Assembly (NCBI GenBank): GCA_005223125.1
Contig: NJBH01000006.1
Span: forward strand, 1 to 64,000
Reading direction: 5' to 3'
DNA from: Promethearchaeota archaeon Loki_b32
GTDB taxonomy: Archaea > Asgardarchaeota > Lokiarchaeia > Sigyniarchaeales > SOKP01
DNA length: 64,000 nt
Shown: piece after piece, positions 39,160 through 47,991 of the stretch
Layout of the letters: each line of letters starts with the position of its first letter
Position numbering within the stretch: position 1 is the stretch's first letter
Program-made: the position numbers and the translations under genes
Notes under the pieces: model-generated
What the model saw: the letters and a program-made list of their open reading frames with translations, nothing else
The model's database searches: none
Told to the model about the DNA's origin: nothing

Positions 39160-41070
39160 TTAATACATACTAAAATCTTTTATTGAAAAATTATTGATTT
39201 TCTTGAGTAATGGGAAGAGGCTCAAAAAATTAAAAATAATAAATATAAAAAATAAAAATAAAAACAAAACAAATGGAATATATAAAGGAGGCAAATAAAC
39301 TCGATCGAAAAGAAATAAAGAATTAATAATCATTCCTATTGCTAAACTTAAGAGTAAAGAGGGCATTAAAACAAAGGTTGACTCTAGGAAAAGAATCTTC
39401 TTTATAGATTTAGTTTTTGAACCTATGGCACGCATAATTAAAAAATCCTTCGCTTTCTCCATTATTCCTGCCTTTTGGTAATTATATAATGAAAAAATAG
39501 CAATTATAGAGATTATAATCATTAATAACATAGGATAGATAGATAAATTACCTAAATATTCCATATTATCTTGAAAGATATTATCTAATCTTAAATGTGT
39601 GAAATTTTCTCCAATTTTTTGAGTAATATTATCAAGTTCATCTTTTATCCCATTATACGCTCCAGAACTTAGCTTTAGCATTATAATATTAACCTCTTCA
39701 TTTGTAAGGTTTAAAATCTTCCTAGATTCTTCAATGCTTAGATAACCAGCCCATCCAGAATAAAAACTATCAATTATTACACCGGAAACATGAAATCTCC
39801 TATTAAAAGTAGTAAGTTCTAAACTTTGATCTAAAGCATATTCAAAAAAGTTATAAGCTAGTCCATCTCCAATAGTCATATTATCATAGGCATCCACTTC
39901 AGTAAAGAATCTTCCTTCGATCTCAAAATTTTGAATTAAATTTTCAGGATTGACTCCGATAATAGGGATAATACCTTTTCGATTTTGTCCGACAACAGTA
40001 TATGTACCATCACCAGAAATATGAATGCCTGGAATTTCTTCAACATTATAAAAATTTATTATACGTTCATCAATTTTTTCGATTTCTTCAATGTTATATA
40101 ATTCATTCATATCACTTAAGTTGAAAAGATAATGTGATTCTGTAAAATTTATGTTCTTCTCATCAATTAAAATAGTAGGATCAGAAAACATCTTATACAT
40201 TAAGGAGTAATTGGATACTACATCTTGATGTCCAATAATTACAATGTTTTCACTTTGGGATTTATGAATCCATTCTTGAGATGATATTCGTAGAACTAAT
40301 GCACCTAAACCTAATGTGAAGATCATCAATCCAATTATAGAGAATAAAATTAAATACCTCTTAAATTCGCCTGTTTTTCTCAATGTATTGACAGTAGCAA
40401 TTTTAAAATTAATTCCAATTGAAGTCAACCATCTTGGTACTAATTTTAATCGCTTAGAAGCATCATAGTTATAAGGAATATCCTTTGAGAAAGAACTTAT
40501 AATTTTCTGTTTTCCAATTTTTCGAATTGTATAACCAGTTATTAAAAAAATCCCAAATATACATGAGAAAAACAATATAGGCGTATACACTAAATCAATT
40601 ACCAATATAATTGGAAAATTAAAAATATTCATGATCCAGGCGAAAATTCCAAATATTATCAAACCCAAAACTAATCCTAATAGAAAACCAATAAAAAATA
40701 GTATGTAAGCTTCCAATAGATAAAAACTATATAATTTACGGGGGAGTGTACCTAAAGATTTCATAATGGCTATATCTCTTTTTTTAGAAATAACCAATGT
40801 AGTTGTAACAGAAAGAATTATAACAATCGCTAAAGAAAGAAATAAAATTTGAATTAAATTATTAAATTCTTTATAGATAAGATTGATTCCTCCAGAGAAA
40901 TAATATATATTTGTATATGTAGTTTGAGTAAGTATATTTATACCTAATGATGATGTGAAATATATTAAGAACTCTGTAAATGCGATTATTATTATAATTA
41001 TTAATAAAAATGGAAAATTAGAATGCCTTTTTCTGTAAAAATCTTTTAACGCAAAATCAAACGATGACAT
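39160..41070 (-). CDS. ABC transporter permease, FtsX/MacB-like
   Basis: RDIAIMKSLG and FLIMRAIG motifs, large extracytoplasmic domain. Confidence 0.85.
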   Translation of the reverse strand: MSSFDFALKDFYRKRHSNFPFLLIIIIIIAFTEFLIYFTSSLGINILTQTTYTNIYYFSGGINLIYKEFNNLIQILFLSLAIVIILSVTTTLVISKKRDIAIMKSLGTLPRKLYSFYLLEAYILFFIGFLLGLVLGLIIFGIFAWIMNIFNFPIILVIDLVYTPILFFSCIFGIFLITGYTIRKIGKQKIISSFSKDIPYNYDASKRLKLVPRWLTSIGINFKIATVNTLRKTGEFKRYLILFSIIGLMIFTLGLGALVLRISSQEWIHKSQSENIVIIGHQDVVSNYSLMYKMFSDPTILIDEKNINFTESHYLFNLSDMNELYNIEEIEKIDERIINFYNVEEIPGIHISGDGTYTVVGQNRKGIIPIIGVNPENLIQNFEIEGRFFTEVDAYDNMTIGDGLAYNFFEYALDQSLELTTFNRRFHVSGVIIDSFYSGWAGYLSIEESRKILNLTNEEVNIIMLKLSSGAYNGIKDELDNITQKIGENFTHLRLDNIFQDNMEYLGNLSIYPMLLMIIISIIAIFSLYNYQKAGIMEKAKDFLIMRAIGSKTKSIKKILFLESTFVLMPSLLLSLAIGMIINSLFLFDRVYLPPLYIPFVLFLFLFFIFIIFNFLSLFPLLKKINNFSIKDFSMY

Positions 41071-41085
41071 GACATATTTATTTTT

Positions 41086-41883
41086 CTAATTTTTAATATC
41101 ATTGATTATTTCTTCTTGTATTATTCTTCCATCCTCAAATGAAATAATTCTATCGGCTAAACTTATTATATAATCATCATGAGTAGCGATTATAATAGTT
41201 CTAATATTATTTTTTAATTCTTTAAAAAGATCTCTAATAAATTGACTAGTCTTCTTATCTAAATTTGCAGTTGGTTCATCAGCGATAATTAAAGGAGGAT
41301 CATTCGCTAATGCTCGTGCTATCGCTACTCTTTGCTGTTCTCCAGCAGATAATTGGAATGGTAAATGTTCTCTTCTATCACTAAGACCCATGTTTGCTAA
41401 TAATTTCATGGCGTGTTTCCTCTGATCTTTAAAATCCACTCCCGAAAGATTCATAGGAAACATAATGTTTTCCTCAGCAGTAAGAGTACTAATAAGATTG
41501 TAATTTTGAAATACAAATCCAGAATTTAATAATCTCCAAGTTGTTAATGATTCTTGTTCCATGTCTGAGATTTTCACACCAAAACTATATATAATTCCAC
41601 TGTTAGGTGTGTCTAATCCTCCTATTAAGTTTAGTAAAGATGTCTTACCTGCCCCACTAGGTCCCTTAATAACTAAAAATTCTCCATTATATATTGATAA
41701 TGATACATTATCCACTGCTCGAACAATATAATCTCCAATTTCAAAATCCTTAACTAAATCCTTACAATAAACTGCTGGTTTCTTTGTTAAATCTTTTAAT
41801 AAATCATTTTCTGATCTATCTTTATTATCTTCTAATGAACTTTTTCTCGTTTTATTGTCCGAAGAATTTTCTTTTTCTAGCAC
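41086..41883 (-). CDS. ABC transporter ATPase, LolD-like
   Basis: GPSGAGKT, LSAGEQQRVAIARAL, ADEPTANLD, ATHD. Confidence 0.93.
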   Translation of the reverse strand: MLEKENSSDNKTRKSSLEDNKDRSENDLLKDLTKKPAVYCKDLVKDFEIGDYIVRAVDNVSLSIYNGEFLVIKGPSGAGKTSLLNLIGGLDTPNSGIIYSFGVKISDMEQESLTTWRLLNSGFVFQNYNLISTLTAEENIMFPMNLSGVDFKDQRKHAMKLLANMGLSDRREHLPFQLSAGEQQRVAIARALANDPPLIIADEPTANLDKKTSQFIRDLFKELKNNIRTIIIATHDDYIISLADRIISFEDGRIIQEEIINDIKN

Positions 41884-42379
41884 GATGTTTATAATTATTA
41901 TTTATTTAAATTTTTAGTGTTGATTGTAGCTACTTACGATAATATTATAAAAATCATTCAATGCAATATCAGAAATTTCTGAAAAACTTGTATAAAATTA
42001 TTTAGATATTAATTTTTATGGAACCTACAATTCTCCAAATTTTAGTTTGAACATAAATTAAGTTTAAATACTAAAGTATCATATTTATACTCTAGAGGGA
42101 AGAATGAGAAAATACAAATAATATCCCCTAATTTCCTAATTAAACACTATGGCATTCTGCTAAGTGGATTATAATGGTAACTAATAACTAAATTTTAAAC
42201 AAAATCTTGGACATATAAGGTTTTGATTTTTTCTCATCCTCCCTCACTCTCTTTTTCGTATTTTTATAAGTTTGTACTGTTATGTAGTTCTTATTTTTAT
42301 TAAAATAAGATTTAAAGGATAAATTTAATTTACTTAAATAACATTTTGCGATTAAATACATAACAAGAAGTAGATTTTA

Positions 42380-43015
42380 ATGGATTTTGAAAAATTAACA
42401 GAACTGGTAATTGAATTAGAAGTAGATGATATTGCTGACGCTGTGAAAGAAGCTTTAAATGAAGGTAAAGATGCTTTTGAAATATTAAATTCTCTAACAA
42501 AAGGTATGGATGAAGTTGGACGCCGTTATGAAGAAAAAGAATATTATTTAACAGAACTTGTATTGGCAGGAGAAACAATGAAGGAAGCTTTTAATGTTTT
42601 AAAGCCTGCGTTAGCTGCAGCAGGTAAAGCAGAAGATAGTGTGAAAATAATTCTAGCTACAGTTAAAGGAGATAATCATGATATAGGAAAGAACATTTTA
42701 GGTTCTCTTCTTTTAAGTTCTGGTTTTGAGCTTTATGACTTAGGGATGGATGTTGATGAAAATACAATAATTGAAAAAGTAAAGGAAACTGGAGCAGATA
42801 TTATCGCTTTGAGTACTTTACTAACTATGACAGTGGAACACATAAAAGTTGTTCATGAAGCTTTACAAGCAGCAGGACTACGTGATAAGGTTAAATTAAT
42901 TGTGGGAGGAGCTCCTTTAAATATGGAACTTGCAAAAAGACTTGGAGCTGATGATTTTGCTGATGATGCCGTTGATGGTGTAAGGCACATAAAGCGACTT
43001 TCTGGTATTGAATAA
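42380..43015 (+). CDS. Methyltransferase corrinoid protein (MtbC/MttC-like)
   Basis: Cap domain + DNHDIGKN, STL, VGGAP B12-binding motifs. Confidence 0.92.
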   Translation: MDFEKLTELVIELEVDDIADAVKEALNEGKDAFEILNSLTKGMDEVGRRYEEKEYYLTELVLAGETMKEAFNVLKPALAAAGKAEDSVKIILATVKGDNHDIGKNILGSLLLSSGFELYDLGMDVDENTIIEKVKETGADIIALSTLLTMTVEHIKVVHEALQAAGLRDKVKLIVGGAPLNMELAKRLGADDFADDAVDGVRHIKRLSGIE

Positions 43016-43237
43016 GCCTTACAGATTGATTAAAATTTTTTTCTTTAATTTTGATTTTATACCATCTAAATTTAAAAGATTTATAATATATAAACCCCTT
43101 ATTCTAACTGTTTTATACGTTTTTCTTAGATTGTATTAATATTTATTAAATTATAATGAGAAGATTTATACTCTTTTTGAATCGTTTATATCTCAAGAAA
43201 TATGTTATGATAAAATCCTTTTTAGGAGGTTTTTAAA

Positions 43238-43492
43238 TTGAATAATAAACAAACTGAAGGATTTGAAATTGATAAAGAATTAGATACTCGTGGTTTATTT
43301 TGTCCCGAACCGTTATTTGAAGTGAGAAATTTAAGTGAAACTCTTAATGAAGGGCAATGTTTTAAAGTTATAGCTAATGATCCCGCTGCAGAAGAAGATC
43401 TTAAAAGATGGGCTAAAAGAACCGATACAAAGGTTGTAGAATTTAGTAAAGATGGTGATGATTTAATTTTTATTTTTAAGAAAACAAAATGA
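43238..43492 (+). CDS. tusA: TusA/SirA sulfurtransferase
   Basis: LDTRGLFCPEP, DPAAEED. Confidence 0.92.
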   Translation: MNNKQTEGFEIDKELDTRGLFCPEPLFEVRNLSETLNEGQCFKVIANDPAAEEDLKRWAKRTDTKVVEFSKDGDDLIFIFKKTK

Positions 43493-43508
43493 ATAAGGTG
43501 GGAAAAAT

Positions 43509-44702
43509 ATGAGTTTTTATTTAGACTATCAAGCGGCAAAACCTGTAGATGTGCGCGTTGTTTCAGAAATGACTATGTATTTAAATCAAAAATTTGCTAA
43601 TCCATCTTCATTGCATTGTGAAGGAGATGAAGCTACTGATGCTCTAAGTGATTCAAGACAAAAAGTAGCGGATTTTATAAATTCTCCAAATCCAGATTCT
43701 ATAATTTTTACATCGGGGGCTACAGAATCAAATAACTTAGCAATAATAGGAGCTGCAATGAGAAATCAAAAGAAAGGAAACCACATCATAATTTCAGAGA
43801 TAGAACATATATCAATTTTAAATATTGCAAAATATTTAGAACGTCAAGGCTTTAAAGTAAGTAGAGTTCCAGTTGATCAATATGGTATTGTGAGACTAGA
43901 TAAACTAGCACGATTAATTACTGATAAAACTATTTTAATTTCAATCTCAACTGCAAGTAATGAGGTAGGTTCTCTGCAACCAATAGGAAAAATCAGCGAT
44001 ATTGCTACAAAAAATAATATCTTATTTCATACTGATGCGGTGGCTAGTGAAAGTGTTATCCCATTAGATGTTCAAGAAATTCCATTTGACTTAGTAACGT
44101 TATCATCAAACGATATTTATGGTCCCAGAGGTGTAGGTGCTCTATACTTGAAAAAAGGAGTACGTGTAAATCCAATCATTATTGGAGGTGGACAAGAAAG
44201 AGGATTAAGATCTGGTTCTGAAAATGTACCTGGAATAGTGGGATTTGCAAAAGCGGCTGAAATTATGAAAGCAGAAATTAATAATGACGCAGAGAGATTA
44301 AAAATTTTAAGAGATAAAGTGATTAAAGGAATTTTAGAGTCAATTCCAAAATCTTATTTGAATGGTCATCCTGAATTAAGACTTCCTTATAATGCACATT
44401 TTAGATTTGATTATATCGAGGGTGAATCATTGATTCTTAGTCTAAAAGATGAAAATGTTGCCGTCGCAACAGGATCAGCATGTTCTTCAAAGACATTAGA
44501 ACCTTCACATACATTAATCGCAATGGGTTTACTACACGAAGAAGCTCACGGATCTCTTGTGGTAACTTTAGGTCGTTATACTCAAGAAAAAGATATTGAT
44601 AAACTTATAGAAGTCTTACCTAACATAGTAAAAAGATTACGATTATTATCCCCTTTAACGCCTCCTGATTTAATTAAAAAATATAATGAGGTGAATGAAT
44701 AA
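43509..44702 (+). CDS. iscS: IscS/NifS-family protein with Asp at the PLP-Lys position
   Basis: FANPSS, TSGATESNN, RSGSEN, GSACSS; SSNDIYGP instead of SxHKxYGP. Confidence 0.93.
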   Translation: MSFYLDYQAAKPVDVRVVSEMTMYLNQKFANPSSLHCEGDEATDALSDSRQKVADFINSPNPDSIIFTSGATESNNLAIIGAAMRNQKKGNHIIISEIEHISILNIAKYLERQGFKVSRVPVDQYGIVRLDKLARLITDKTILISISTASNEVGSLQPIGKISDIATKNNILFHTDAVASESVIPLDVQEIPFDLVTLSSNDIYGPRGVGALYLKKGVRVNPIIIGGGQERGLRSGSENVPGIVGFAKAAEIMKAEINNDAERLKILRDKVIKGILESIPKSYLNGHPELRLPYNAHFRFDYIEGESLILSLKDENVAVATGSACSSKTLEPSHTLIAMGLLHEEAHGSLVVTLGRYTQEKDIDKLIEVLPNIVKRLRLLSPLTPPDLIKKYNEVNE

Positions 44703-45507
44703 AATGAAATCAACTGAGTATACCGAAAAAGTTTTAGATCATTTTCGCAATCCGAGAAATGTAGGTGTCATAGAAAACCCTGATGGTTACGGAAAGGTTG
44801 GAAATCCTATTTGTGGTGATTTAATGTATATGTATATAAAGGTTGCCAAAAATAATAATGATGAAGAATATATTGAAGATATTAAATTTAAAACATTTGG
44901 CTGCGGCTCTGCGGTAGCAACTTCTTCTATGATCACAGAAATGGCTAAAGGAATTACACTAGATGAAGCTTATAAGATTACAAGACAAGATGTAGCTGAT
45001 GAATTAGAAGGACTTCCTCCAATTAAAATGCATTGTTCAAATCTCGCTGCTGATGCATTAAAAGCGGCTATTGACAATTATAGAACTGGCGCTGAACCTG
45101 AGGTTGAAGTAGCAACTTCATGCCAACTTGAAATTAGAGTTATCCTTGGTTTTGATGAGTTTCTTGGAAAGGGAGCATTTAGGGAAGCTCCAGAAAATTT
45201 AGAAGAACTTAGAGATAAAAGAATTTTGATAATTGATTCTGGTGACAATTCTTTAGAGCTTGCCTTACAATTAACAGAATATACAGGTAGAGTTATTGTT
45301 GTTACCTCTTCAAAAGGAGTACCAGGTAGGGAAGAAATTGCTAAAAATCTTAAAAAATCTGATGTGAAAATATTACATCAATCTGACCTTTTAGAAGTTA
45401 AAGGAGAACTCGATGAGGTAGAACGTGTAGTTTTACATGATTACGATGAAGACGAGAATTATGAGCTCTACGTAGATGTTGTTATTAAGCTAAATTATAG
45501 AGGTTAA
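44695..45507 (+). CDS. iscU: IscU/NifU scaffold fused to a degenerate thioredoxin-reductase NADPH-domain-like region
   Basis: DHFRNPRN, ICGD, FGCGS, LPPIKMHCS; C-terminal KRILIIDSGDNSLELALQL. Confidence 0.9.
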   Translation: MNKMKSTEYTEKVLDHFRNPRNVGVIENPDGYGKVGNPICGDLMYMYIKVAKNNNDEEYIEDIKFKTFGCGSAVATSSMITEMAKGITLDEAYKITRQDVADELEGLPPIKMHCSNLAADALKAAIDNYRTGAEPEVEVATSCQLEIRVILGFDEFLGKGAFREAPENLEELRDKRILIIDSGDNSLELALQLTEYTGRVIVVTSSKGVPGREEIAKNLKKSDVKILHQSDLLEVKGELDEVERVVLHDYDEDENYELYVDVVIKLNYRG

Positions 45508-45672
45508 TTTTTTTCTTTTTCTTATTGAGTATCTAATGAAATATTTATTTATCATTAATTTTTATTATTTTTATTCAGACATTAATCTCACTTTACTTGC
45601 TATATATCCCTCATTTTTGGAAAGATGTGAACAACCACTCTACTAGCATATCTTGATTATCTTGAAGTGTTA

Positions 45673-45943
45673 ATTGGCAAAAATCCAAATGTTGCTAAAA
45701 TAAAATAGGGGACCATTAGCGTTAGGTGGAGATAGAAATGGTGGACAAGAAATCACTATAAGAAGTTTTTTAGATTTTTTTCAATATAAACATGTTTTGA
45801 TTGTATCGGGGGGCATATTTTGAGTAAATTTAGGTACACGTTTATGGGTAAAAATTCAAGATTGAAAGGTATTGAATCTGAAAAAGACAGCTTAAGAACG
45901 ATTAGGAAAGTTATCAAAAGAATGACAGGAATTTAAAGATTAA
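45673..45943 (+). pseudogene. Degraded paralog of the 3' half of the iron-sulfur flavoprotein at 60316
   Basis: Fragments KNP, LALGGDRNGGQE, VSGG, LRTIRKVIKRM, with frameshifts and an in-frame TGA. Confidence 0.85.
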
Positions 45944-46035
45944 TATTTCAAGAAATTATAAGGGATTATAAATTTAGAAAAGTTAAAGAATATAATACAA
46001 TTTTCTTATGAAAATAGCATAATAATGAATATTAA

Positions 46036-46689
46036 ATGAAAGATAAAATAGATTGGGTTTGGAGAGATGATAATCATCCTGATTCCAAAAAGAAAGTTCC
46101 TAAAAAGAAAGACAAGAAAGACCCAAAAGTTACTTTCAAAAAAGGTGTAATTATCGCCATTTTATTACTTTCAATAGGAATAGCTCAGTTAATATTTGTC
46201 ATCTCAGTACGTTCAAAATTGATCTGGAGGTATAGTGGTGGACCAGTATCGGGTGAAGAAGTCATAAATGTCCCTCCTACTTATTTGTATCCAAATAGAT
46301 ATATAATCATGGCTATAGGATATTTTCCAATGATTATAGATGAAGATGTAGTTGGTAACATTACATTCATACATCAAAATTCAGGCAAAACTTACACTTT
46401 TAACTATACTATTATTGGATATTTAATGTATCAGAAAATGATATTTGATACAAGGATATGGTCTATGAACCCCGGTAAATATAATGTATCATGGGATAAT
46501 AATTATAACCGATATGAATACTATTTCACAACATATGGATTATTTAATTTTTTTCCTAATGAGGATAAATATCCTACTAATATGGAAACAATTATGTTAA
46601 TTGTTTCAATTTTTGGTTTAGTAGCGCTTTTAATTGGGGCAATAAAAAAATACCATAAAACAAAACGAGATTATGCTTACTATAAATAG
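46036..46689 (+). CDS. Hypothetical membrane protein (2 TM)
   Basis: Two hydrophobic helices flanking an extracellular region. Confidence 0.75.
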   Translation: MKDKIDWVWRDDNHPDSKKKVPKKKDKKDPKVTFKKGVIIAILLLSIGIAQLIFVISVRSKLIWRYSGGPVSGEEVINVPPTYLYPNRYIIMAIGYFPMIIDEDVVGNITFIHQNSGKTYTFNYTIIGYLMYQKMIFDTRIWSMNPGKYNVSWDNNYNRYEYYFTTYGLFNFFPNEDKYPTNMETIMLIVSIFGLVALLIGAIKKYHKTKRDYAYYK

Positions 46690-46728
46690 TTATTCTATAA
46701 TTGTTTTATTTAATTATTAAATAATTTT

Positions 46729-47862
46729 CTATTTTCTTATTGACTCTAAAATATAATCAGTTATATATTTACTTTCTTTGTCCATTTGATTCTTATAATT
46801 AACATATCTAAAATTAAAAACGCATAAAGGACAAGAGGACACAATTTCTTTTGTATCAATATTATTGAATAATTCTTTACCTATTTTAATACAAATGCTA
46901 CTATCAACACCTCTAATTCCGGAACCTGATCCACAACAAGGAGATTCTTCTGGATTTGTAGTTAATTCTTTAAATTCTAACCCACATTTCTTTAAAAGCT
47001 CTCGAGGTTCAGAGTAAAGAAGACCACTTTTATATTTTCTCCCAACTCGGCAAGGATCATGATAGGTAATTGGTTTATTCAACGGTTTTAAAGTAATTTT
47101 TCCTTCTTTTTCTAAATCATAAATAACATCAATAATATGTCTCACATTTACTTCAAAATCCTTAAAATATTTCCTGTAAACTTTGTAAAAGGCATATAAA
47201 CATCCACCACATGTAACAATTAAGTTCTTTACTCCGATTTTTTTAAAGAGTTCAATGTTTTCCTGAAAAATCTTTTTAGCAACATCAAGATTTCCAGCGG
47301 AATATACATATTCTCCACAACATGGTTCCTTTTCTAAAATTTTAAAGTTATAACCAGCAAGTATTAAAATTTTATAGGGAGTAAGAGCACTTTCTTTCAC
47401 ACGAAACGAAGACATGCATCCTAAAAATAACAGAGTATCTGAATCTTTCTTTTCAAATAATTCTTTTGTTTTATAACTTTCAGGTAACCAATTTAATCTC
47501 TCTTCTGGGTTTCCACCAACAGAGTTGTCTTTTTCTATAATTCCTCTTATGATTTTATTGTGTATTTCTAGTGGTGCTTTATTTTCTTCTACAAGTCTAA
47601 CTTTAGATGAATGAATAATTTCCGATATTTGAATTTCTTGTTGACAAGTTAAATCACATAATGCACATAATGTACAAGTATATAGACTAATGCGTTCTTC
47701 TTCTGAGATCTGATTATTAGAAAAAACTTTTTCAGCTATTTTTAATCTTCCGTTAGGTGATTTTAATTCATCGTTAGTAACCATGTAAGTGTCGCATATT
47801 TCCATACAATCCTTACAGTCTATACATGAATTTATTTCGGTTAATAATTTATTAACGTCCAT
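46729..47862 (-). CDS. Fe-S oxidoreductase with CCG domains (HdrD/GlcF-like)
   Basis: CIDCKDC..C, CTLCALC..C, PCCG, YHDPC, CCG, SCPLC. Confidence 0.9.
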   Translation of the reverse strand: MDVNKLLTEINSCIDCKDCMEICDTYMVTNDELKSPNGRLKIAEKVFSNNQISEEERISLYTCTLCALCDLTCQQEIQISEIIHSSKVRLVEENKAPLEIHNKIIRGIIEKDNSVGGNPEERLNWLPESYKTKELFEKKDSDTLLFLGCMSSFRVKESALTPYKILILAGYNFKILEKEPCCGEYVYSAGNLDVAKKIFQENIELFKKIGVKNLIVTCGGCLYAFYKVYRKYFKDFEVNVRHIIDVIYDLEKEGKITLKPLNKPITYHDPCRVGRKYKSGLLYSEPRELLKKCGLEFKELTTNPEESPCCGSGSGIRGVDSSICIKIGKELFNNIDTKEIVSSCPLCVFNFRYVNYKNQMDKESKYITDYILESIRK

Positions 47863-47991
47863 TTCAATATCATTTATCTTAATATTAGATTATATACTAA
47901 TTTTTCTAACTTATAATGACCAAATTTATATTAATCGCTTTATAAAAATAAGTAAATAGATTGAAAACATATAAATAATTCGGGAATTTTT

